Positions 20,328 to 27,731 of a DNA stretch of 64,000 nucleotides are shown piece by piece; positions within the stretch are counted from its first letter, which is position 1; every line of letters begins with the position of its first letter. Origin of the DNA: a virus. The stretch lies in the IMG/VR virus record IMGVR_UViG_3300044644_001556, one strand, 5' to 3'. Under the pieces are notes generated by a model. It searched no databases and was not told where the DNA came from. It worked only from the letters and a program-made list of their open reading frames with translations. The position numbers and the translations under genes were made by a program.

Positions 20328-20611
20328 TTAGATTCTCTTACCGGTAATAATCGTCTTGTTCGCCACTTAAATCGCGAGTTATCATCTACCATAACCAAGC
20401 TGCAATGTTCCGCATCCCAACAACGTTCGAGTATAATTGGATTTATTTGCGGATTCATTTTAATTATAAATGATAATTCTTTTTGAGTCGGTAACCGCCA
20501 ATCAGTATGATCATTATATCGAAAAAATTGACAATATAATAATGCATTGGAGGCGGTTAATTCTGGTTTATTTAACTGTGTCAAATTATACTCTAGCATT
20601 TTTATTACCAA
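20324..20611 (-). CDS. DUF1566-like mini-protein
   Basis: ALLYCQF..YN.HTDWRLPT...PVRE. Confidence 0.75.
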   Translation of the reverse strand: MVIKMLEYNLTQLNKPELTASNALLYCQFFRYNDHTDWRLPTQKELSFIIKMNPQINPIILERCWDAEHCSLVMVDDNSRFKWRTRRLLPVRESK

Positions 20612-20745
20612 CTGTTAATAAAAATAATATTATATAATACTATCATACATTTTACGAGCAAAAAAATACCCGAACTAATCCGGGTATTTCCTTTTTGTTT
20701 TAGATTAATGTCGTTACCCGATATCGATCCAAATTAAAGACAAGA

Positions 20746-20904
20746 TTATCTACGATAACGCGAATCGGATTCATCACCGACTAACGCAGTAGCGCGCATT
20801 GATGCCCATATCATTGAATCAATTTGATTTGAATCTTTCTTTTTTTCATCAGTTACTTGACGATCTGATGATTTTTTACGACCTAAAATAAATTTTTTAA
20901 ACAT
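20746..20904 (-). CDS. small basic protein
   Basis: Start revised to MFKKF; the upstream part overlaps a structured element. Confidence 0.45.
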   Translation of the reverse strand: MFKKFILGRKKSSDRQVTDEKKKDSNQIDSMIWASMRATALVGDESDSRYRR

Positions 20905-21064
20905 GGCTTTCTCTCTTTGGTTTGAGATGCAAGTACCTACTGGTATATTAGACCTTGTGAGTCTACGCACTAAAACTTATGCTAACTTGCAAAAATAATA
21001 GAATGGTTACGGATAGCTAAACATCCATAAAATATTTATTTAATATACGTAACCATAATTTTAA

Positions 21065-21340
21065 TTAAGCCGTCCGTCTAATAACATGCCAACCAAATTG
21101 AGTTTCAACTGGTTTGCTAATTTCACCGATTTCTAAAGCGAATGCAGCATCTTCGAATGGTTTAACCATTTGACCGCGACCAAACAAACCCAAATCACCA
21201 CCATTCGCACCACTTGGGCATTTGCTACTAGTCATTGCTAACGCAGCAAAATCAGCACCTTCGTTAATTTTTTTAATTAATTGCAATACTTCAGCTTCAG
21301 ACGAAACTAAAATGTGGCTTGCTTTAATATGCGTAGTCAT
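21065..21340 (-). CDS. ppiC: parvulin-type peptidyl-prolyl isomerase
   Basis: ASHILV, S.CPS...GGDLG.F.RGQMV.PFE.AAF, TQFGWHVI. Confidence 0.92.
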   Translation of the reverse strand: MTTHIKASHILVSSEAEVLQLIKKINEGADFAALAMTSSKCPSGANGGDLGLFGRGQMVKPFEDAAFALEIGEISKPVETQFGWHVIRRTA

Positions 21341-21402
21341 TAAATTACTCCTAAGATTAAAAATTATTTGATATTTAATTATATCGTCTCATCGCAAATA
21401 AA

Positions 21403-21819
21403 TCAATGATAATTTTCATCTTCTTCATCGTAATCCCAATTTTCATCTTCTTCTTCATCGTTTTCTTCTTCATCGTTGTAGAATGCATGGGCCATATCTA
21501 ATTCATGTTTTAAAATAGATATTACTTCATCTAAATCATGAGTTGATTCTATCGAACCTACACGATCCATAAATTGAGCTATAAGTCGATTTTCGGGTAT
21601 TTCTATATTCATAGTTCCGTGTTCAAGTCGACCATTCCATTTAACTGTAAATTTATTAGTATTTGGATGACGGGCGATATTTACATCATATGAATCTTGC
21701 AATTCGTATAAATCAGACTCAAAATCTTTTACTTTAGCATTATACTCAGCTTGATGTTGATCGTAACCTTGCTGATTTAAATCCGATGGCTTATCGTAGT
21801 AGTGATATAAATTAAGCAT
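21403..21819 (-). CDS. acidic protein with MLNLY.YY..P tag, late-promoter gene
   Basis: N-terminal motif shared with 33534..33905 and 1238..1672; TATAAATA at 21844-21851. Confidence 0.7.
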   Translation of the reverse strand: MLNLYHYYDKPSDLNQQGYDQHQAEYNAKVKDFESDLYELQDSYDVNIARHPNTNKFTVKWNGRLEHGTMNIEIPENRLIAQFMDRVGSIESTHDLDEVISILKHELDMAHAFYNDEEENDEEEDENWDYDEEDENYH

Positions 21820-21907
21820 AACTAATTCTCTTTTTAAATTAGTTATTTATATGACGGTTTTATTAAATTTAACCAGATAAATATTTTATTTGATTAATGA
21901 GATTACT

Positions 21908-22123
21908 ATGAAATTTTACGAAATTTGTGAGGGATATGATAAAAAACATAAATGTTTAACTCCGGGTACTATGTATCATATTAAATTTAAAGATAATAAA
22001 ATTAAAATAACGCTAGATCTTCCAAAATCAGTTGATGATATCGAAATTAAAAATTATGATGATTTAGAAGCTGACTTGCATTATGCAGTCGAGAAAGTAT
22101 TAGCGAAATATTATTTTAAATGA
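21908..22123 (+). CDS. small protein with MKFYEICE start (CTS-like)
   Basis: Plus-strand ORF, GAGA before ATG at 21908, GATAAATA at 21876-21883. Confidence 0.55.
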   Translation: MKFYEICEGYDKKHKCLTPGTMYHIKFKDNKIKITLDLPKSVDDIEIKNYDDLEADLHYAVEKVLAKYYFK

Positions 22124-22132
22124 TTTACTAAT

Positions 22133-22207
22133 TGGAGATCCGTATCGGATTTGAACCAACACCTCAAGGCTTTGCAGGCCTGTGCACTACCATTATACTA
22201 ACGGATC
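22133..22207 (-). tRNA. tRNA-Cys(GCA)
   Basis: Cloverleaf, GATCCGT/ACGGATC acceptor, U73, CCA. Confidence 0.88.
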
Positions 22208-22212
22208 GAATT

Positions 22213-22287
22213 TGGCATGCCAGTAAGGATTTGAACCCTAATCTCAAGGCTTTGGAGGCCCGTATGCTACCGTTACACCACTGACAT
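22213..22287 (-). tRNA. tRNA-Trp(CCA)
   Basis: Cloverleaf, anticodon loop CTCCAAA, G73, CCA. Confidence 0.88.
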
Positions 22288-22329
22288 ATAAATTTACTAT
22301 TGATTAATTTAAATTTAAAAAAGTATTTA

Positions 22330-22405
22330 GGGGCGAACGGCGGGACTTGAACCCGCAACCTCTCGAATCACAATCGAGGACGTCTACCAATTCCGCCACG
22401 TCCGC
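22330..22405 (-). tRNA. tRNA-His(GTG), no encoded G-1 or CCA
   Basis: Cloverleaf, loop TTGTGAT, C73; flanks form an extra 10-bp stem. Confidence 0.8.
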
Positions 22406-22509
22406 ACCTAAATACTCTTAAAAAATAATGCCCGACCGTACCACGGAAACCTTCTCGAGTTTCGATTTCCATACTAAACTATCTTACGATATAGTTCTGC
22501 GGTAATAGA

Positions 22510-22584
22510 TGGAGCCCCATTCCGGAATCGAACCGAAATCTAAAGATTACAAGTCAATTGTAATAACCATTATACTAATAGGGC
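22510..22584 (-). tRNA. tRNA-Thr(TGT), weak anticodon stem
   Basis: Acceptor, D and T arms intact, CCA; two U-U mismatches in the anticodon stem. Confidence 0.75.
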
Positions 22585-22605
22585 GAATGATATATTTATA
22601 TAGGT

Positions 22606-22640
22606 TGCGGTATCGGTTAAAATTTAGACCGATACCGCAT
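22606..22640 (-). terminator. hairpin downstream of pmoC
   Basis: tgcggtatcggt...accgataccgca. Confidence 0.6.
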
Positions 22641-22662
22641 TTAAACTACGAGTTAATTACGA

Positions 22663-23421
22663 CTAAGCAGCTAAATCAGCTTTCAATAATCTAGCAATTG
22701 CTTTAACTTCAATATTTACAACACCTAATACACCTAATGCGGCCCATCCGAAGAATACGAAGCCGTAGTGTAAAGGAGCAACAAATAATTCTTCCATAAA
22801 CCAGAAAGTGTGACCCCATTCATTCAAACCTACGTTTGGAAGAATCATGAAAGGTCCAATTACTGATACCATGTACTGTAATGGCAAACCTTGTTGATAG
22901 GTTGGCAATCTTGTTTTTGCATATAAGAAAGATGCAACACCAGTAATGATATAGATTGGGTAGCTCAAATAGAATTCAATAACATGACTTGGAGTGAAGT
23001 CAGTGTCACGAACGATAGTTTGATGCCATGTACCATCTTGTTCTGTAAAGTAAGAAGCACCGTAATAAATTGCGATACCGTACATTACCAACCATACCCA
23101 GTGTGTAAAATGACGACGTAATTCTTCGCGTGGTGTGATCGACATTACTTTACGATCACGACTTTTCCAGATATATCCCCATAATACTGAAGCGGTTACG
23201 ATTTCTAGAACCATTTCAATATAAAGGAAGTTCATCCAGTATGTTTCGAATTCTGGTGCAAATGAGTCTAAACCAGCTGACCAACCGTAAACTCCTTCAT
23301 ACCAACGAACCCAACCGTAGAATACAACATAAAGTGCAGCACCAGCGAACATATTTTTTTTGTTTAAAAGTGGTGCTTCTGTAACTGACGATACAACGTC
23401 TGATTTAATTGTAGCTGACAT
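22663..23421 (-). CDS. pmoC: particulate methane monooxygenase subunit C (phage auxiliary metabolic gene), gammaproteobacterial type
   Basis: GLDSFAPEFETYWMN, EQDGTWHQTIVRDTDFTPSH, GLNEWGHTFWFMEELFVAPLHYGF; GGGAG SD. Confidence 0.97.
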   Translation of the reverse strand: MSATIKSDVVSSVTEAPLLNKKNMFAGAALYVVFYGWVRWYEGVYGWSAGLDSFAPEFETYWMNFLYIEMVLEIVTASVLWGYIWKSRDRKVMSITPREELRRHFTHWVWLVMYGIAIYYGASYFTEQDGTWHQTIVRDTDFTPSHVIEFYLSYPIYIITGVASFLYAKTRLPTYQQGLPLQYMVSVIGPFMILPNVGLNEWGHTFWFMEELFVAPLHYGFVFFGWAALGVLGVVNIEVKAIARLLKADLAA

Positions 23422-23489
23422 TATAATTCTCCCAAAGGAAATTTAAATATTGAATCCAATAAATTTGAATCATGACAAGCCATTTATAA

Positions 23490-23727
23490 TAACCTAGTAT
23501 TTTACTAGGTTAATTATCCTACATTCTTCCCCTAGGTGATTCATACAAAAATAGCTTAAAGTATGAATCAATGTAGGCATCGATACTAATTACATCTCAT
23601 AAGATGTAATTATAACTCATTATTAGCAATCGATGGTATAAATCTTCCGTGATGGATTTGTGTCGCTAAATCGAGCTATTAATAAATGATTGATACCGTA
23701 GTATCAATCTATTAGCATTTATTTATA
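23490..23727 (-). ncRNA. highly structured pmoC 5' leader (candidate)
   Basis: At least five 8-11 bp stems incl. a C(UACG)G tetraloop on the minus strand; TATAAATA at 23720-23727. Confidence 0.5.
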
Positions 23728-23771
23728 ATCTATTATAGATATTGTTTTAATAAAAATTTAGTAATTTTAAA

Positions 23772-24389
23772 TTAGCAATTCCATTTTTTTAAAGCTAATG
23801 CTTTACGAGTAGGTTTGCCGTGTTCATCCTTCATCGGACCTTTTACACCACCCATTCGTGCACAAAAGCTTTTACGTCTTTTGTAAGCTTTACTGCCTTT
23901 TTTTAATTTACTAGGTTTAGTGGTTACTGCAGTCTGTAATTTACTACCAGGATGTGCTCTGCGATAACTAGCAACACCTTTTGCATTTAACCCACCATTT
24001 TTATTTTTGCCTTCTTTTCGAGTCCATGCTGCAGCTTCAAAAAGTTCTTGGTCACTAACCGATTCAAAATCAGCCCAAATTATTTCACTATCAACACCAT
24101 GGTGTATAGCTAAATTTTCAACCATATCTTCGATAAGGTCAAACATTTCATTGACTGTTGGATTAATACCGCGTTGTTCTTGACTCTGCAAATAATCCCA
24201 AACCGATACTAACATATTTTCGGCATTAGCGATTTTTTCTTGAGCCCATTCTGGTAAATTTTCGTTGCGATCGATGGTTCGCATTAGACCTGAGGCTGCT
24301 CGAGAAATAGTTATTAAATGACCGTGAGCTGTACCAGCTTCGTCATTATACTCAGAATCGGAACCTTCAAATAATTCATTTAATTTCAT
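23772..24389 (-). CDS. MKLNELFE-tagged protein with conserved T4-like-phage C-terminal domain (GGLN.KG...SFCARM...WNC; DUF6321-like, tentative)
   Basis: Motifs; CATAAATA at 24418-24425. Confidence 0.7.
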   Translation of the reverse strand: MKLNELFEGSDSEYNDEAGTAHGHLITISRAASGLMRTIDRNENLPEWAQEKIANAENMLVSVWDYLQSQEQRGINPTVNEMFDLIEDMVENLAIHHGVDSEIIWADFESVSDQELFEAAAWTRKEGKNKNGGLNAKGVASYRRAHPGSKLQTAVTTKPSKLKKGSKAYKRRKSFCARMGGVKGPMKDEHGKPTRKALALKKWNC

Positions 24390-24443
24390 ACATAGTTACC
24401 TTTTGTTGTGTTTGAGATATTTATGTACGAAATTAAACATTTA

Positions 24444-24518
24444 TGGCTCCCTAGGATGGATTCGAACCACCGACCAGACGATTAACAGTCGTCGGCTCTG
24501 CCACTGAGCTACTAGGGA
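24444..24518 (-). tRNA. tRNA-Asn(GTT)
   Basis: Cloverleaf, loop CTGTTAA, G73, CCA. Confidence 0.9.
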
Positions 24519-24530
24519 ATATATTTTATA

Positions 24531-24647
24531 TAACTAGATTCTATTTATTTCAAATACTCTACCAACTGAGCTACGCGAGGCTTTAATTCACGGTCGGAAT
24601 CGAACCGACGACACTTTGATTCGCTAAATTTTTTGCTGTTAGAATCT
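24531..24647 (-). ncRNA. circularly permuted tRNA-like RNA (T arm - closed acceptor - D arm) in an ACAGCAA scaffold
   Basis: GTCGG-TTCGATT-CCGAC precedes TAGCTC-AGTTGGTA-GAGT; CGTGA/TCGCG, TCAAA/TTTGA and AGATTCTA/TAGAATCT pairings. Confidence 0.7.
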
Positions 24648-24762
24648 TATTTAATTATTATACTTGACTTATTCTAATATATCAAGCATTAATTATCTCA
24701 TTTGAATTAATCTACCTATAAACCTAATTCTACCTCAATTAAAGGTTGATATTGATTATAAT

Positions 24763-24852
24763 TGGTGGAAGAGAAGAGATTCGAACTCTTGGACCCCTCT
24801 CGGAGCCGGCGGTTTTCAAGACCGCTGCCTTAAGCCACTCGGCCACTCTTCC
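24763..24852 (-). tRNA. tRNA-Ser(TGA)
   Basis: Long variable arm, loop CTTGAAA, CCA. Confidence 0.9.
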
Positions 24853-24865
24853 ATTTGTTATGTCA

Positions 24866-25051
24866 TTACAGAAAAGCTAAACTAATACTGGCGATACCTT
24901 CAATTAAAATCTCAGTAAAATCAGATGAGTTATTCGATGTTTTTTGTTGTTTGGTATTTTTAATATGCGTATCGATATAAGATTTAACTTCATCTCGTGG
25001 CATATCACCCACATCAATATAAAATATTTTTCTTTCAATCACATCATTCAT
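24866..25051 (-). CDS. 61-aa peptide resembling a T4-type portal (gp20) segment
   Basis: ERKIFYIDVGDMP....SYI; AGGAG SD; start revised to exclude tRNA overlap. Confidence 0.6.
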   Translation of the reverse strand: MNDVIERKIFYIDVGDMPRDEVKSYIDTHIKNTKQQKTSNNSSDFTEILIEGIASISLAFL

Positions 25052-25071
25052 ATTAATACTCCTAATATATT

Positions 25072-25145
25072 TGGCAGTCTCTACAGGGCTCGAACCTATA
25101 CTAACACAGTCAAAGTGTGTTGTGCTACCATTACACAAAGAGACA
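25072..25145 (-). tRNA. tRNA-Gln(TTG)
   Basis: Cloverleaf, loop CTTTGAC, G73, CCA. Confidence 0.88.
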
Positions 25146-25152
25146 ATAATCT

Positions 25153-25237
25153 TGGTGCGAATAGACAGAATCGAACTGTCACGCCCGAAGGCAATAGATT
25201 TTAAGTCTACAGCGTCTACCAGTTCCGCCATACTCGC
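25153..25237 (-). tRNA. tRNA-Leu(TAA)
   Basis: Variable arm, loop CTTAAAA, CCA. Confidence 0.9.
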
Positions 25238-25245
25238 TTTATAAT

Positions 25246-25331
25246 TGGTGGGTAAGGTAGGATTCGAACCTACTCAGCCAAAGGCGACAGATTTACAGTC
25301 TGCTGCGACTCTCCCACTTCGCCGCTTACCC
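25246..25331 (-). tRNA. tRNA-Tyr(GTA)
   Basis: Variable arm, loop CTGTAAA, CCA. Confidence 0.9.
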
Positions 25332-25337
25332 GATATT

Positions 25338-25414
25338 TGGTCTCCCATGAAGGATTTGAACCTCCGACCTGTCCGCCCCAAACGGACCGCCCTACCAGAC
25401 TGAGCTAATGGGAG
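25338..25414 (-). tRNA. tRNA-Pro(TGG)
   Basis: Cloverleaf, loop TTTGGGG, CCA. Confidence 0.9.
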
Positions 25415-25430
25415 AAAATTAATCTTTTAT

Positions 25431-25820
25431 TTATAACAACTTAAGGTGCTTGGTTAAAAAATCGATATTATCTGGATAATCAGGCCCTATCGCTAAACAA
25501 GTTAGTGTAGGAATTCCATTAAATTCAGTTAATCCAGCATCGGTTATTAACTTAACATTAACATTTGCGGCTAATGTATTATCATAAATTTCTAATAATT
25601 CTGCTTCGCTATCTACCGAAACACATATTTTTGTAAATAAGCCATTAATCCATTGTTCAAGTGCGTAATTCTCAGTAAGATTAATTTCTATGCGATCATC
25701 ATTATAAGATCTATAATTTAAAACTGCTCCCATTGACGCATGAGCTACTTGGGCTGCAATTTTACCTTTGCGCATATTAAGATCTTTACGAACTACGATT
25801 ACTTGTTTTGGTAATGTCAT
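25431..25820 (-). CDS. pth2: peptidyl-tRNA hydrolase, Pth2 family
   Basis: KQVIVVRKDL.M.KGK.AAQ.AHA, DAG.TEF.G..T.TCLAIGP. Confidence 0.92.
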   Translation of the reverse strand: MTLPKQVIVVRKDLNMRKGKIAAQVAHASMGAVLNYRSYNDDRIEINLTENYALEQWINGLFTKICVSVDSEAELLEIYDNTLAANVNVKLITDAGLTEFNGIPTLTCLAIGPDYPDNIDFLTKHLKLL

Positions 25821-25835
25821 ATTTATTCCGTTAAT

Positions 25836-25922
25836 TGGCGGAAGGTATAGGATTCGAACCTATACAACGATTTCTCGTTGACGGATTAGCAATCCGCTCT
25901 ATTACCATTCTAGCAACCTTCC
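25836..25922 (-). tRNA. tRNA-Ser(GCT)
   Basis: Long variable arm, loop TTGCTAA, G73, CCA. Confidence 0.9.
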
Positions 25923-25930
25923 GTTTATTT

Positions 25931-26129
25931 CTAACAAGATACATTTTAATTTCGCCAATGAAAGTTTTTGAAATTGCTGTTAGTATCTTTAAATTATCTA
26001 GATATCATCTTTCAATTATAAAATTGATATCTATAACTCGGAGTGAGTTTTATTTTTTTTAAAAATCCATTTTAACTAGATACATTTTAATTTCGCCAAT
26101 GAAAGTTTTTGAAATTGCTGTTAGTATCT
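25931..26129 (-). repeat. two identical 52-nt ACAGCAA-scaffold small RNAs (25937-25988 and 26078-26129)
   Basis: AGATAC-TAACAGCAA...TTTC-ATTGGC-GAAA...GTATCT; same ends as 24531..24647. Confidence 0.75.
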
Positions 26130-26180
26130 AAATTTGATACTAAGAAAGTAAATAATTCACTTTCTTAATAAATTAAAGAT

Positions 26181-26209
26181 ATTATATATTAAGATATCTT
26201 TAATGTCAA
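26181..26209 (-). promoter_or_regulatory. consensus sigma70 promoter for the repeat/tRNA cluster
   Basis: TTGACA-17-TATAAT. Confidence 0.75.
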
Positions 26210-26550
26210 TCTTTTTTTTAATACTTAGGTTAATCTTTAAAAATATTAATTATAATTTTAGCAATATCTAACAGTCCGAGTATTGAAAATCGCAATAATA
26301 TTATGGGCCATCCGAAAACGCTAGCAACTCGCATCAGTTAAATGTTTTAATATATAGTCTTCATCGTGGAAATAGATCTGTAACATATCTTGATCCGATT
26401 CGATAGTCCAATCAGCTAAATCAACATCTTGGTTTGATATATCTATATTTTCGACTGTTATTTTATTATTCATCTAATTTCTGCATTAACGAAATATTTG
26501 GTGATTAAGGTATTCCTATTGTTAGGTTCTAATAAAACAGCTAGAATTTT

Positions 26551-26713
26551 ACTATCATACATCTCCACTAGTGGGACTTGAACCCACGCCCGATATTGTC
26601 CGGTAGCCGGCATGTTCATGCATCCGAACATCGTAAGGTCTACTCCTCCCATGGCTCTAACCAACTGAGCTATAGTGGAGATGTATGATAGTGCTTGTCT
26701 TTCCAAGCCGTCA
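26551..26713 (-). ncRNA. GGAAAGAC-head unit with 20-bp stem enclosing a tRNA-like domain
   Basis: Inverted repeat 26551-26570/26673-26692; D arm TAGCTCAGTTGGTTAGAGC and T arm GTGGGTTCAAGTCCCAC; ~65-nt insert in place of the anticodon arm. Confidence 0.7.
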
Positions 26714-26727
26714 TGAAGGTCTCCGTT

Positions 26728-26848
26728 ACTATCAATAATTGCCACCGCAAGGAATCGAACCTAGATTTACCGGTTTGTTAGCAAGTTGCCTTACACCATT
26801 TAGACGACAATAGCAATTATTGATAGTGCTTGTCTTTCCAAGCGGTCA
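26728..26848 (-). ncRNA. GGAAAGAC-head unit with 15-bp stem enclosing a degenerate tRNA-like domain
   Basis: Inverted repeat 26728-26742/26813-26827; T arm AGGTTCGATTCCT. Confidence 0.65.
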
Positions 26849-26864
26849 CCACACATTAAATATT

Positions 26865-26948
26865 AATAAAACGCTGATGGGATTCGCACCCATATTTCAA
26901 ACCGCGCTGGGTAAGTGTACTTCAAGTCTTATACGACAGCGTTTTATT
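26865..26948 (-). ncRNA. tRNA-like RNA with 12-bp closed stem, no CCA
   Basis: AATAAAACGCTG/CAGCGTTTTATT; T-like arm ATGGG-TGCGAAT-CCCAT. Confidence 0.55.
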
Positions 26949-27040
26949 TCTAATCTGAAAGTTGTCTTAAGTAGACGGTTCAGCTCCCCTACAGCCGTTG
27001 GTTACCGAGTCGGTGGTCGGTTGATAATTATAATATAACT

Positions 27041-27222
27041 ATCAATAAAATGCACGTTACTTCTTCCGAAATATAATATCTTAAGCTACTATACTCGGCT
27101 TTACTGAGCTTTCCCCACTTGCGTGCTTTATACTCGAATCTGTACGCGCGTAACATATCGAATAAGGCCTCTACTATCTTTCGATGCATTTTATTGATGG
27201 TGCTTGTCTTTCCAAACTGTCA
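27041..27222 (-). ncRNA. GGAAAGAC-head unit with 14-bp stem enclosing ~130 nt of cargo
   Basis: Inverted repeat 27041-27054/27185-27198; head TGACAGTTTGGAAAGACAAGCA. Confidence 0.6.
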
Positions 27223-27586
27223 TATAGTAGCGAACTATAATATTGCTTTGTACCTATACGATATAACCGGCATGTATAGGCTTTTCCCAGTGAGGTTATC
27301 CGCAATTACTTCAGATGCCTTATCTCTATTGCGTGTACTGACAGATTATATAGGGGCGACCTATACCGCACACTTTTCACTAGCAACAGCGGGTAAATTC
27401 TATTAACTCTTAGTCTAATCCATTAAATGGCCCATCTTTTCCATAGGCCCATAATGCATTTTTTTCATGAATAGTTCGAGCTAATTTACGGGGTAAAAAT
27501 GGCAAAATAGGATGAACTATTACATTATGAATAATGCTCTTAATTAAACTCATATAAACTCCATATAATTAAGTTAATATAAGTAA

Positions 27587-27718
27587 TAGTGCCGGTACTG
27601 ATCTCCAGCTTCGGTAAATTCACGCAGACTATTTAATTGTTTACCATTTAATGATGCCTACCAAAACTATTTGGGTCTATCATCCTCTGCGTTATTAAGC
27701 GTATCAGTCTACGCACTA
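27587..27718 (-). ncRNA. structured RNA with complementary hairpin loops
   Basis: TAGTGC/GCACTA closing stem; GCGT-AGACTGAT-ACGC and GCTGG-AGATCAGTA-CCGGC loops are complementary. Confidence 0.6.
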
Positions 27719-27731
27719 ACTATTTAAATAT

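Noticed and set aside
22164-22694. ORFs 22164..22358 and 22509..22694
   Set aside because: They overlap tRNA genes and are translations of tRNA sequence
24944-26062. ORFs 24944..25204, 25835..26062 and the 5' half of 24866..25231
   Set aside because: They overlap tRNA genes or RNA repeats
25931-26129. H-type pseudoknot in the ACAGCAA elements (TAAC with downstream GTTA)
   Set aside because: Linkers of 0-1 nt make simultaneous pairing with the closing stem sterically implausible; at most an alternative pairing
26551-27222. CRISPR array interpretation of the three GGAAAGAC repeats
   Set aside because: Spacing is irregular (135 and 374 nt), the intervening sequences are self-paired and structured, and there are no cas genes
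26728-27400. tmRNA or RNase P RNA
   Set aside because: No CCA end with an alanine-type acceptor, no tag ORF, and no RNase P P4 signature recognised
26470-27406. ORFs 26470..26745, 26820..27038 and 27119..27406
   Set aside because: They run through long stems and tRNA-like arms, which are better explained as RNA
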